A stretch of 64,000 nucleotides of DNA from Eledone cirrhosa. Its lineage: Eukaryota. Location of the stretch: NCBI GenBank assembly GCA_964016885.1, contig OZ024746.1, positions 22,072,001-22,136,000 on the forward strand. Direction: 5' to 3'. Position numbers and translations under genes: made by a program. The notes under the pieces are model-generated. The model saw only the letters and a program-made list of their open reading frames with translations, searched no databases and was not told the DNA's origin. Below are positions 40,386 to 53,419 of this stretch, one piece after another; within the stretch, counting starts at the first letter, position 1; each line of letters opens with the position of its first letter.

Positions 40386-40835
40386 CACTTTGACTTGACA
40401 CTCTGGCCTGGGCTGTGTATCTGAGATGTGTCCTGTAGACGAGATGGTGAAAGCATTACCACAGAGATCAGCCAGCAATGCCTGCTGCATCAGACATTCC
40501 ACCTCACAGGGCTTCTTCCTTAGGCAGAGCAGAACAGCAGTTTGGGAACCAAAGACACTGGACTTCTCAACAGTGACTGGCATAAAAAAGAAGTGGTCAG
40601 TCATAACCCATCATCATCATCACTGTTTAACGTCCATTTTCCATGCTAGCATGGGTTAGACTAGTTGCCCCGTTGTGAGACAAGTCAGATCAGATGATAC
40701 CCTTCCTAACGATATTTGGATATCTTCTGCTCCTCACCATGACCAGTGGCAGTCCCCACATTTACGGCTGAGGGGATGAACTTGTTACTTTTTTTCCTTT
40801 AAACAATCCAGGACATCCCAGACCTCTTTTGTTTA

Positions 40836-41880
40836 CCTCTCTCTCTCTCTCTCCACATCCCCACCTCTCTCTCTCCACATCCCCACCTCTCTCTCTCCAC
40901 ATCCCCACCTCTCTCTCTCCACATCCCCACCTCTCTCTCTCCACATCCCCACCTCTCTCTCTCCACATCCCCACCTCTCTCTCTCCACATCCCCACCTCT
41001 CTCTCCCCACATCCCCACCTCTCTCTCTCCACATCCCCACCTCTCTCCCCCCACATCCCCACCTCTCTCTCCCCACATCCCCACCCCTCTCTCCCCCACA
41101 TCCCCACCTCTCTCTCCCCACATCCCCACCTCTATCCCCACCTCTCTATCCCCACCTCTCTCTCTCTCCACATCCCTACCTCTCTCTCTCTCTCCACATC
41201 CCTACCTCTCTCTCTCTCTCTCCACATCCCCACCTCTCTCTCTCTCTCCACATCCCCCACCTCTCTCTCTCTCTCTCCACATCCCCCACCTCTCTCTCTC
41301 TCTCCACATCCCCCACCTCTCTCTCTCTCTCCACATCCCCCACCTCTCTCTCTCTCTCCACATCCCCCACCTCTCTCTCTCTCTCCACATCCCCCACCTC
41401 TCTCTCTCTCTCTCTCTCCACATCCCCCACCTCTCTCTCTCTCTCCACCTCTCTCTCTCCACCTCTCTCTCTCCACCTCTCTCTCTCCACCTCTCTCTCT
41501 CTCTCCACATCCCCACCTCTCTCACTCTCTCCACATCCCCACCTCTCTCACTCTCTCTCCACATCCCCACGTCTCTCACTCTCTCTCCACATCCCCACGT
41601 CTCTCACTCTCTCTCCACATCCCCACGTCTCTCTCTCTCTCCACATCCCCCACGTCTCTCTCTCTCTCTCCACATCCCCCACGTCTCTCACACTCTCTCT
41701 CCATATCCCCACCCCTCTCTCTCTCTCTCCACATCCCCGCCCCTCTCTCTCTCTCCACATCCCCGCCCCTCTGTCTCTCACTCTCTCTCTACATCCCCAC
41801 CTCACTCCCTCTCCACATCCCCCACCTCTCCCTCTACACATCCCCCACCTCTCCCTCTACACATCCCCACCTCTCTCCCT
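40836..41880. repeat. ~23-bp CT-rich minisatellite
   Basis: Unit CCACATCCCCACCT(CT)n. Confidence 0.95.
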
Positions 41881-42605
41881 CTCACTCTCTAATCCCCTCC
41901 CCTCTGTCCCTCCCCCTCTCTCCCATTCTTCTATCTCTATGTCTACCATATAGGTGACAGTCATTAGAACATCATATAGAATAACTTGTGGTATTTTCTA
42001 GCTCTGATCTGCTCTGATCTGAGTTCAAATCCTGCTGAGTGCAACTTTCCTTTTCACTCTTTTGAGGTTGATTAAAATAAATAAAGTACCAGTCCTGTAC
42101 TGGGGTCAATTCTTCTTCCTCTATATCTCTTTCTCACTTCCTTTCTATCTCTCACCCTCTCTCTCTCTCTGAAAGAAGTCGGTTTGTATTCAAACACGGA
42201 GAGGGGATGGATTCCACCAGGCTTAAAATACCCAAGACATGCTGTGTGTCATTAAAGGACCCCTTATGATTCTACTAGGAGTTACAGGTCCAAACATACA
42301 TACATGTCTCCCATATAATAATCTATCCTAATCTATTTTAAACCCTAATCCACTCCATTCTACTTATTCCTCAATTTTCTCCCACTTCTCTTCATTCTTC
42401 CCTCCCCTTTCCCTCCCCCTACTCTCTCTCTCCTCCCTACTCTCTCTCTCCCTTCCCCTCTCCTCCCTACTCTCTCTCTCTCTCCCTTCCCCTCTCCTCC
42501 CTACTCTCTCTCTCCCTTCCCCTCTCCTCCCTCCCTCTATCTTTCTGTCTCATTTTCATAGTTCTTATTTTCTCTCTTAATATCTTCCATTTTCTTTCTT
42601 TCTTT

Positions 42606-42805
42606 NNNNNNNNNNNNNNNNNNNNNNNNNNNNNNNNNNNNNNNNNNNNNNNNNNNNNNNNNNNNNNNNNNNNNNNNNNNNNNNNNNNNNNNNNNNNNNN
42701 NNNNNNNNNNNNNNNNNNNNNNNNNNNNNNNNNNNNNNNNNNNNNNNNNNNNNNNNNNNNNNNNNNNNNNNNNNNNNNNNNNNNNNNNNNNNNNNNNNNN
42801 NNNNN
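42606..42805. other. Assembly gap (200 N)
   Basis: Run of N. Confidence 1.
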
Positions 42806-42879
42806 CACCATCACAACACCTCTAAACATTACCCTTGTTACTATAATCAGTTACACACCTCAACCAAATAACACCCAGT

Positions 42880-43095
42880 TTTTTCTAAGTTGAAAGAGTC
42901 TCTATAAGGTTGCTCTAATTGCTAAAAATAACAACCAAATCTTCCTCACAAATCATGTTTGACACATTGGATAATGTGATCTTAGGTACACTGTATCTGA
43001 AAAAGCAAACAAAAGGGAGGGTGGTCACTGTTGGAAGGTCGTTTGATCATTGGTCTACTTGATCAAGACTGATTTGACATTAAACAAAAATAACA
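42880..43095 (+). mobile_element. Older dispersed repeat family E with (CAA)n tail
   Basis: Motifs CTAGAAATAGCAGCCAAAT..., GGAATGCCTTTGATCATAGGTC, CTAAACAACAAC; copies near 9930-10090, 13300-13640, 15560-15910, 20760-20960, 29620-29830, 31830-32000, 62310-62590. Confidence 0.65.
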
Positions 43096-44199
43096 AAGTC
43101 CTTTATTTCCATCAATATTTTCTGAAATTATCTACTTTGGTGGAGGCCCATGGCCCTAATGGTAAGGATATTGGACTCGTGATCAAAATGTGGGTTTCAT
43201 TTCTGGATTGGGTTGTGTATTATATTCTTGAACAAAACACTTCATGTTACGTTGCTCCAGTATACTTAACTAAAAATGAGTACCAGTAACAATAGTTGGG
43301 GGTTTAACTCAGTGATGGAATGGTGTCCTGTCCAGAGAGAAAGTCTTGTACTTTAAATTGCTTAACGCCATGGAAACCAGAATAAGCACCAGCCTGATGA
43401 ACTCAAGACAGACTTTATCTATTTTACTATCATCATCACCATTACAAACACCAACATTGTCTTCTAGATGGTCATTTTAGTATGATACACTTATAGTTTT
43501 TGCTTTGTCTTACTAATGTGGTTTCATATAGTGTGTTAATTCAAATGTTTATGGTATCTTTACTGGTGGACAGATTGTTGTGGAGATTTGCAATGAAGAG
43601 TAAAAACCTGCATATTTTTAATGTGATACAGTTGTAGCACTATTTTGTATTTTTCAAGACTGCCTTGCTAATGTGGCTTCATGTGGTACAGGAGTTAATA
43701 CTATCAGTTCTTTATTATTTATTATTTATTAATGGGCGGTGGATTGGCAGTATCTGAGTTCAAATCCCGCAGAGGTTAACTTTATCTTTCATCCTTACAG
43801 GGTCAATAAAATAAAGTACCAGTAATGCACTAGGGTAATTGCTGGCCTTGTGCCAAAAGTAGAAACAATTATTTGTTAATGTTTCAATGATTTAATGTGA
43901 GGAAAAAAGGACAGGGTCTCCATGACTGGGTGGGGCTGGGAGGAGAGGGGAAGAAACCATGAATCATGGATTGTTGGCTACAGTAAGAAGCAACACATCA
44001 GGATATTGAGTTAGCTTCTGGTTAGAGATCTGATCAGAATACTTATAACAGGAGTGGACTGTTTTTAAAACACTCAAGAGCCAAGTAGTGGCATTAACTT
44101 TTTAATACCAACCCACCCCAAACTATCTGTTTCTATGCAACAAAACATTTTAATGTATTCCTATCTAAATTAAGACAGAAAATTGGCAGAGTTGTTAGA

Positions 44200-44705
44200 A
44201 TCATCATCATCAGTTATTTTTCCAGACTGGCATGGGTTAGACAGGTTGTCATGTTATGAGACAAGCAAGGCCTGGAGACTATGTCATGCTCATGCGGATC
44301 TGTATTTTGGCTTGGTTTTTATGGCTGGATGCCCTTCCTGAAAGCAACTAGGTTACTGTGTGGATTGGGTCCTTTTTACTGTGGTACCAAAATGACCACC
44401 TTACAGGATGAATTGAGTGTTTTATTTTGTCATGTCCCCAGCACAACCACCTTACAGGGTGGACTGGACATTTTTTGTCGTGTCTCCAATACAACAACCA
44501 CCTTACAGAGTGGACTTGGTGTTTTTTTGTAATGTCACCAACATAACCACCCTAAAGTGTGGACTGGGTGCTTTTTGTCATGTCACCAACACAACCATCG
44601 TACAGTGTGAACTGGATACTTTTTGTTGTATCAGCAGCACAACCACCTTACAGTGTGGACTAGGTGCTTTTTGTAATGTCACCAGCATGACCACCTTACA
44701 GGATA
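44200..44705 (-). mobile_element. Older RTE-type 3' tail with a degenerate ~46-bp tandem array
   Basis: (CAT)n, GGCTGGATGCCCTTCCT, then repeated ACCACCTTACAGTGTGGACTGGGTG units. Confidence 0.75.
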
Positions 44706-44835
44706 ATTGTTGAAAAGGTTGCACAGTAGGATTGAATCTGAAACCACATATGTACAAAGTAAATTTCTCAACACAGCTATGTCTTTGGCCTCAGCCTGAT
44801 TTCTTGTAACAAAAGAGTATATAACATAATTTAAT

Positions 44836-45990
44836 GGTTTCTGATTGAGGCACAAGGCTAACAATTTGGGGAGAGGGTAAAGGCAATCCCTGTATGTTAC
44901 TGGTACTATATTTCATCAAACTCTAAACTCTGTAAGGATGAAAGGCAAAGCTAACCTCGGTGGATTTGAATTCAGAATGTAAAGGGCCATAACTCTATGC
45001 CGCTAAATGTGATTTCCGACGCTCTACCAATCCACCACCTTCATCACTTTCAGAATAATAAACAGTTACATTTGTACACAGTTTCTGTCCCCAGGAGTAC
45101 TTCACCTGATCTATCTAATTAATATTCCTAGTTATGAAATATTATTATAGTTCGGTGGATTGGCAGTATCGCTGGAGAGTTGGACACCATGCTTTGCAGC
45201 ATAGAGTTACGGCCCTTTACAGTTTGAGTTCAAATCCTGTCGAGGTTAACTTTGCTTTTTATCCTCACGGGGTCAATAAAATAAAGTACTAGTAATGCAC
45301 TAGGATAATTGCTGGCCTTGTGCCAAAAGTAGAAACAATTATTATAGTTATATGTATTTAGGCAGCTATACTTTCAAGAAGAAAGTATGTTTTCCACTAG
45401 ACAATATTTGCCAAAAATGTTACAGTAAATATATATATATATATATATATATAGGTATTTTTTTTGTCTTTTATAATGATAATAATTGTTTCTACTATTG
45501 GCACAAGGCCAGCAATTACCCAGTGTATTACTGGTACTTTATTTTATCAACCCTGTAAGGATGAAAGGTAAAGTCAACCTCGGCGGGATTTGAACTCAGA
45601 ATGATAATAATAATAATAATAATAATATATATATATATATATATATTGTTATATTTGGGGAGGGTCATATTTGCGTAATATTGCCAGAATTAATAACAGA
45701 ACACACTCACTGTTTGGTTGGTTTTCGCTTCTCGCTGTCTTTTATATATATATATCTGCGATCTAACTTACTCGGTCCTCAATGTTGCCATATATACATA
45801 TCATTATTTTGGCAGTATCGGTAGAGGGTCGGACGCCATGCTTTGCAGCACAGTTACGTCCCTTTACGGATTGAGTTCAAATCCCGCCGAGGTTAACTTT
45901 GCCTTTCATCCTTACGGGGTCGATAAAATAAAGTACCAGTAATACACTGGGATAATTGCTGGCCTTGTGCCTAAAGTAAAAACTATTATT
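44836..45990. mobile_element. Cluster of four SINE A copies (-, +, -, +)
   Basis: ~44836-45040(-), 45153-45338(+, TSD ATTATTATAGTT), ~45486-45603(-), ~45810-45990(+). Confidence 0.85.
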
Positions 45991-47460
45991 ATTTAGAAAG
46001 CATTATTATCATTATAAAAGACGAAAAAAAACTCAACATAAGTTTTTCTTGGAAGAGAACTGAAGAAATTTTGGTTCAAAAGTCTGTTATAGGATCTCAG
46101 TTTCAAACTAGAAGCAACAGTAATTGTGTGTGTGTGTGCTATTATGGCAGATCAGAAGAAATTTGTGAAGTGTTTGAGTGGAATGGGATGAGAAAAGATT
46201 TAGAACTGACTCATTCCTATATAACTTAGGAAGGAACATAGGAAGAACTCATGACAGAAGGAAGCAGGTTGTTTATGGATAGGAAGTAAAAAAAAAAGCA
46301 GGGAAAAGAAGTGGCAGAGAAGATGTTGATGGTGGTGGTGGTGGGATGAATGTTAAGAGACTTTGGTAGCTGATGGAATGAAATTTGACAAACTTCATGG
46401 ACACCTAGTACAGTTGAGGATTGAGTTTGGACTTTACCCAAGTGTTTTGAGATGTCTGGGAATGTTACAGATCAGAATAAATTCTCCTTGACGTAGACAG
46501 TAGGGATATGTTTAAATGGCTTTAGATTCTTATTTTATCATTGATTGCTTCATAAATATACATACATGCCTTAGACATATACATAACATATACATAAACA
46601 CCTCATATACAATTGATACATACACATCTCAGACACATACATATTCATATCTGATACATACACACACACTCCAGATACATGCACACACCTCACACACATA
46701 CATATCTCAAAACATATACACACAGATCTCAGACACAGACACACCTCTGATACATACACTTACATCTCAGACACACCCACACACACATATATATATACAC
46801 ACACACACAGCGTTCAGACACACATATGCACACTCCAGACACACACACACACTCCTGATACACATACATCTTAACACACACACCTCAGACACATACAAAC
46901 ACACTCCACATATTTACACACATCTCATACACACACACCTACACTTACACACAGTAAGAGAAACAATCAGACATTTCCTAATATTTTTATTCCCTAAAAT
47001 GGAAATAAATGTATATGACAGATATAAATTAAACCTGAGTATCAAATGAAGGGGAGAGATGGGGGGGCAGAGGTGGAGAGAGTGGGGAGGACGGGGCGGG
47101 GGGTACATAAAGATAGGGAGATGGAGAGAGCAAGGGTATGGAGAGGGAGGAGAGTGGGGGGAGGGGGTACAGAGAGATGGGGAAGAAGGAAAGAGTGGGA
47201 GAGGGGGTATGGAGAGAGATGGAGGATAGGGGGGAAGACGGGGAGGAGAAAGGGGAGAGGAAAGAGAGGGTGCAGAAAGATGGGGAGGGAGGGAGAGGGA
47301 GGGGTTATGGAGACAGATGGGTGAGAGAGAGGAGAGACACTGAGAAAGTGGAGAGAGAGGGTGACAGAGACCTGTTAGTGAGTAATCAAGATGTACTCCA
47401 CTTTTATATATGGAAGATATTTTAGACATTTAATTAATGGATTGATAATAAATTAATAAT

Positions 47461-47641
47461 TGTTTCTATTTTTGGCACAAGGCCAGCAAATAACCAGTGT
47501 ATTACTGGTACTTTATTTTATCAACCCCATAAGGATGAAAGGCAAAGTTAACCTCGGCGGGATTTGAACTCAGACCACAAAGGACCGTAACTATGCTGGA
47601 AAGCATGGCGTCCGACCCTCTACCGATATTGCCAATCCACC
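47461..47641 (-). mobile_element. SINE family A
   Basis: 17-bp TSD GATAATAAATTAATAAT at 47444-47460 and 47642-47658. Confidence 0.93.
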
Positions 47642-47724
47642 GATAATAAATTAATAATCAATGGTATACACAAACACACATACACACACATATCTTAGAC
47701 ACATACACCCACCTCAGACACACA

Positions 47725-47827
<103 letters not shown>

Positions 47828-47840
47828 TGCATGTAAACTC

Positions 47841-47928
47841 TCATATCTGAAGAAGTGTCAATTAAGAGTCGGGACCCGATCGCCTGATCACACTCGAGCT
47901 GATTGATAGAGAAACAATTGTAATATGA
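47841..47928 (+). ncRNA. Type I hammerhead-ribozyme-like motif with an extended stem II
   Basis: TCATAT-CTGAAGA-[57 nt, partly paired]-GAAA-CAATTG-TA-ATATGA: 6-bp stem I, intact core, palindromic stem III, GUA cleavage triplet. Confidence 0.6.
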
Positions 47929-48407
47929 AATAAAGTTTCACAAAGAAGCTGCAATTCTTATTGTCTCTCTCTCTCTCCCTCTCTCTCTCACTATATATAT
48001 ATATAGACAATATGCCCCCCCACCCCCCACCGCAAGGTGGTCGTGGAGGTGCCACGGCAAAAGAGCACCCAGCCCACACTGTAAAGTGGACGTGTAGGCG
48101 CCACGAAAAAGCAGCCAGCACTCACTGTAAATGAGGTTGGTGTTAGGAAGGGCATCCAGCTGTAGAAATCAAGCCAGATCAGTTCCTAAATGAGCAAGGC
48201 ATGGTCAGCCGACCAGACACTGCCCACAACAGGACAACCCGTCTAACCCATGCTAGCGTGAAAGAACGGACGTAAAACGGTGATGATGGTGATGATGATG
48301 ATGATATGAAAAGATTCAGGACCCTGCCGACTGAGCTCCAGCTGTTTCAATAGCTAAATCCGAACAAAATTCATGACCCCAACGGCTGAGCTCCGGCCGA
48401 CCCTCTT

Positions 48408-48447
<40 letters not shown>

Positions 48448-49215
48448 GTATATATATGATAGGAGCTTTCTTAGGTGTTATTAATGATAGGATACCCAGA
48501 CTTATAAAAAACAAGGTAAAATGAAGCAGCTTGTTCTAGAACATAACACACATCTCATTCCAAGAACTGAACCCATCATCTTATCATGAGTAGAACACCC
48601 AAGCCACTAAACCATACACCCACATGCTAGCATGGGGGGAAAAACCTATATAAAATGATGGTAATGATTTTACCATGTAGGGGCAAAGCAATTTACATCT
48701 CTAGTGTTGGTGTCGGGATAAAATACACCCAGTACACCCTGTAAAGTGGTTAACAAAGGCAATATCGAATAGTGAGTGCTCTTAATTTTTGTCAAGGACA
48801 TGACAACCTGTCTAGTGTTAGTGTCATGATAAAATACACCCAATACACTCTGTAAAGTGGTTGACAAAGACAATATGGAATAGAGAGGGCTCTTCAGTTT
48901 TATGAAGGACATGACAACCTGTCCAATGTTGGTGCTATGATAAAATACACCCTGTACACTCTGTAAAATGATTAGTTTTAGGAAGGGCATCCAGCCAATG
49001 GCACCATGCCAAAAACGGGAAGGCACCCATATAAGAGGGTTGTTACACCAAATAAGAACTGAATCAGACTATAACAACTTGTTGAACCCATGGCAGCATG
49101 GAAACCAGATATAAATTGATGATGATAGATAGATAGATAGATACATACATATATATAGGGAGAGAGGATATGGACTTCTTTTCTTCAAAATATATACATA
49201 TATATATATATATAC

Positions 49216-49607
49216 TGGACCGAGACCTTTGGCGGTACTCAGTAATAGAGAAGACCCGCCTTACCTAAATACATAGTAAAACCTACTACAGCCAGTAGGC
49301 ATCTCTAACAAAATACACCCCCTCCTATGTAAAGTTATGTTGGTGCCACAACATCCAGGCCGAAACAAATGAGATCATGTAGGTGTCACGACAAAAAAAA
49401 CACACAGTCCACGCTGTAATGTGGCCGTGTAGGCAACACGGTAAAAACCTCCCAGCCCCACACTGTAAATGTGGTTGGTGTTAGGAAGGACATCCAGCTG
49501 TAGAAAACCCGCCAGACAGTCCTATGCGAGCAAGACAATCACTCTTGCCTCAAGTGGGAATACCCCCGTCCAAACCCATGCAAGCGTGGAACACGGACGT
49601 TAAACGT

Positions 49608-49637
<30 letters not shown>
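49216..49637 (+). mobile_element. RTE LINE 3' end fragment
   Basis: Close to the reverse complement of ~2500-3165; ends in (GAT)n. Confidence 0.9.
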
Positions 49638-49638
<1 letters not shown>

Positions 49639-50391
49639 ATACACACACACACAGACAAATATATATATATATATGTATACACACATATATCCAGTATCCA
49701 GTGCTTGACTATTCTATTTTTACTTCTATATATATGTGAATCATCATCTAATGAACGTTGAATAAATACACAAACACACACACATTGTGTGTGTGTTTGT
49801 GTATCTTCAGTGCTTTAACAATTTATATTCTATATATATATATTTATATTCTATATATACTTACATCTATCTACCTATATCTCTCTCTATATATATATAT
49901 ATATTATATATATTATATATATATATATGCTCACCACTCGTTTCGTCTGATCAAACGATATAAGATTCTATAACGAGGAGCCTGAATTACTAATATAACC
50001 ATGTATAGACAGTCACAGACTGTCGTCCACGAATGGTGGTGCCAGCTAGAGTGTGCCCACCTCTTTCAGTGGACTTAAGATTGCGTTACAGTTCCAATTC
50101 TACAATGGTAACATTGTGACAGAAGAGAAATAGCGTAACAACCGTCAGTTGGAAGAAAGCGGCGAGGAGGAGGGGAGAGAGAGAGGTCACAACATAGAAG
50201 ATGATACAATCTTTACTTCTTCTGGATCTCCACCTCCGTGTATATATATATATATAAAATTCTCATACCCTCCCCTCTGTATATCTCCGAATAGCAGTTT
50301 TTAATCACTCCTCCTCGCATATAATCTTTCTAATAAAGAAACATTTAATATCTCACAGATTAACACTACTGATTTCTTTATACACAGACAC

Positions 50392-50435
<44 letters not shown>

Positions 50436-50458
50436 TTATGTATGTATATATTCATATA

Positions 50459-50501
<43 letters not shown>

Positions 50502-51029
50502 CCAGAATTAGCCGTCGAAACGGCTTGAGCTCAGCCGTCGGGGTCTTACTTGTTCCTAGTACCCACTCTACTACCCTAAGTATTGAGTACTTTGGTGCGT
50601 TATGGTCCACCTGGTTCCTTACCACATTTCCTTCGTTATATATATATATATATATATGTGTGTGCGTGCGTGTGTGGGGAGAGAGAGAGATTATCTATGC
50701 AAAATAATATTTATGATTATATTTAAATATATTTTTTATTAAAAATTAGAGTTTTTCACTGGATTAATCTTTTCATAATTAATAGAACCTTTTTTTAAAA
50801 AATCTAAATCTATCTATATCATAATGTATGTGCGTTGATTTTTTTTTTTTTTTTTTATGGCATGTAATTGTGAACACACAATATGTGAATTTTAAACATT
50901 GGTGGTGTTTGAACTCAGACATTAATTATGTACCGTATCATGATATATTGGGTCGTCGTTAGACCGATACTAGAAAGTACATAGAATCTTGTTTAATAGT
51001 AAATATATACATGTGAGTGAGCAGCCCCC

Positions 51030-51079
<50 letters not shown>

Positions 51080-51081
<2 letters not shown>

Positions 51082-52974
51082 GCATGTTCCTGTGACGACT
51101 GTTGAAGGCACAAACTCTGTTTTTGTGTGGCAGAAGGGTAGTGGGGGAAAAAGAAAAGTTGATTTCTTTTTAGTCGGCTGCTACTGACTAACTTCTATGG
51201 CTGTGACTTTCTCTCTCTCACCCTTCACCTTCTTCCTTACTACTTCTGTCTTCTTTAGATAGGCGAGCTGTAATATAAAGTTCCCTCCACTCCCAGCTAA
51301 CCATGGTGCTCCCAACACTGACCAATAATAATATATAATAAGTCAAACATAAAAAAAAACTAGTTTAACAAAGGGACTGCGCTCTCTCTCTCTCTCTACG
51401 TCTGTGTCTCTTTCTCTCCTCACCCGCCTCCCTTTGAGAAAACAGGCCTTAAAAATACAAAAACCAAACCCCAAGGGAGGGATAAGTCAACTACACAACA
51501 CAACATAACAATACAAATGGGCTTTCTGAAATTGACTGCACTTAACACCCTGGAACGGATGACATCTACCCCAGAATACACGGGGATATACTTATTATAA
51601 TGACTGTTGAACAATGATGGAGAGAAATGGAAAGTTTATTTTGGATATTACTTTTTACCTTGAAAATATCAATATGATTGGAAAGAAGCGAACTATTAAG
51701 CAATTTGGAACGAAAAGGATGTAAAACTTAAATATTGTTAGATATATGAGATTATCGTGTCACCTTCACACATCGCCAACAAGTTATCTTAACATTATTT
51801 TTATATATATATATTTTTTCTTTAATATTGGTGGGTTGATTTTTTTTTTAAATTTAAATTCTTTATTATCGTTGTTGTCGTCCACTTTCTATTTATTCCC
51901 CTCCCCCCGTGGTGGAAGTGGCGTTAGAAGCTTAATGGTGATGAGAGATACTAAATTACCTCTGCCAGATTAAATGTCTCTAATATTAGAAAGAGGCAGG
52001 TGTGGAGGAGCTGGAGACAGCTGTTGCACCACATCTCAAACAACTACAGACCCTTATATCTGCCTCTCCCGTTCTTCTCTCTCTCTCTATTTATATATAT
52101 AATATAACTTTATATCTCTACTTGGACATTCCTCTGCTGTTTGGCGACCTCGATCTCTTCTCATGTTGAAGAGAGGGACGTTCTAATTAAAAATGTTGTC
52201 AACCACAACATTTTCAGGTCGGTTTATTAGCCAGGATCATAAAAGGATTATTAGTGTTTTCGCCGTTGGAAAGCTCCCTTTTCTTCCTTAGTTTATTTTC
52301 TCGTTATATGTGATAATGTAAGCCACCCTCACCCGTAATTTTCTTCGCTGCGCCTTTAGATCAGTAACTGATAGCTTAAGACAGTTGCTTCAGATATTTT
52401 GTAACTGTTTGTCTGTAATTCGGGGGTCGGTCACTTAACACTTTAGGAAACAGCGAATATTATTATTACTATTGTTATTTCTAATTCCACGGCAAAGCTA
52501 TTCTTGACTTTATGGAAGTCGTACCCGACCAACTCATGAAGGTAAAAATAACCTACCTACCAACCTACACCTATGTAATTAACGGAAACGATGGAATCAG
52601 TATTTCGTCAGTTTGGGAGTTTAAACAGTGTAAACATTAACTGTATTGAGGGTAAATTTCCACTGATATGGAGTTGACCAAAGCGGGAATTCACAAACCA
52701 TAAAATTCTTATTGCAAAAAAAGAAAAAAAAAAATTTTTCGGAAGAAAATCGTATATATATATATATATATAAAGGGAAACAGTTTAATACTTTTTTGTA
52801 ACGCAACAGCAATAACAAAACCAACAACAATTAATGTAGAATTTACTGTTTCCCACCCCGAGTTAAGGCCTCGTGCCTGTTAGAAATATATATATATATA
52901 GTTAAAGAAATGACAGCACAAAGACAGGAACACAAAGTCTTATTAGTATCAGACTTATACATATAACGCTTGCC
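51080..52974 (+). promoter_or_regulatory. Probable promoter / 5' UTR region of a host gene
   Basis: No SINEs over ~2 kb, visibly more CpG than the flanks, CCAAT motifs (~51323; ATTGG ~51678), directly upstream of a Kozak ATG. Confidence 0.45.
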
Positions 52975-53065
52975 ATGGATAATACCGATACCGATCTGGA
53001 ATCGATGGATTCGCAGCAGTTACACTCTTTCTTTCGTAATTCGCTGCACTGGGAGGAATATTACG
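52975..53065 (+). CDS. Probable first coding exon of an unidentified gene (MDNTDTDLESMDSQQLHSFFRNSLHWEEYY, phase-1 intron)
   Basis: GCCATGG Kozak context, non-repetitive codons, donor G|GTAAGG at 53065/53066 followed by repeat-rich intron-like DNA; no downstream exon found in the window. Confidence 0.6.
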
Positions 53066-53345
53066 GTAAGGTTACCTATCTTAGTTGTTTCTACAGATAT
53101 TGTCTTGTTTTTTGTCAACTGTTCGTTACAAATTACACACAGACACACACATACACGCACACAAACACACACTTAACTATTTTTAGTCAGTATGTTTACA
53201 ATTTACTAACGCAACAAGTATTCTCTCTCTATCGGTCTGCCTGTCTATCTAGTTTTCTTTATGTCTCCCTTTTTTTTTTGCCCCACCCCGCTCCCAATCG
53301 TTCAGAATGCTTAGTTCTGAATCTATCTACCACCCCTTCTCTCTC

Positions 53346-53419
53346 ACTTCTACAAGACTAGAACTGTTCCATTCGTATGTGATTTCTTGCGAACGAAACA
53401 GTTCTAGTCCTGTAGAAGT
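53346..53419. other. 74-nt stem-loop in the putative first intron
   Basis: Arms 53346-53368 and 53397-53419 match 22/23, with further pairing in the loop. Confidence 0.7.

Noticed and set aside
38847-41953. 525-aa and 374-aa S/L/P/H ORFs
   Set aside because: CT-rich minisatellites whose unit lengths are not multiples of 3; the lack of stops is compositional.
52512-53065. Assignment of the gene to MYRF from MEVV and LHSFF resemblance
   Set aside because: Only a few residues, split over exons of different phase; not enough for a gene symbol.
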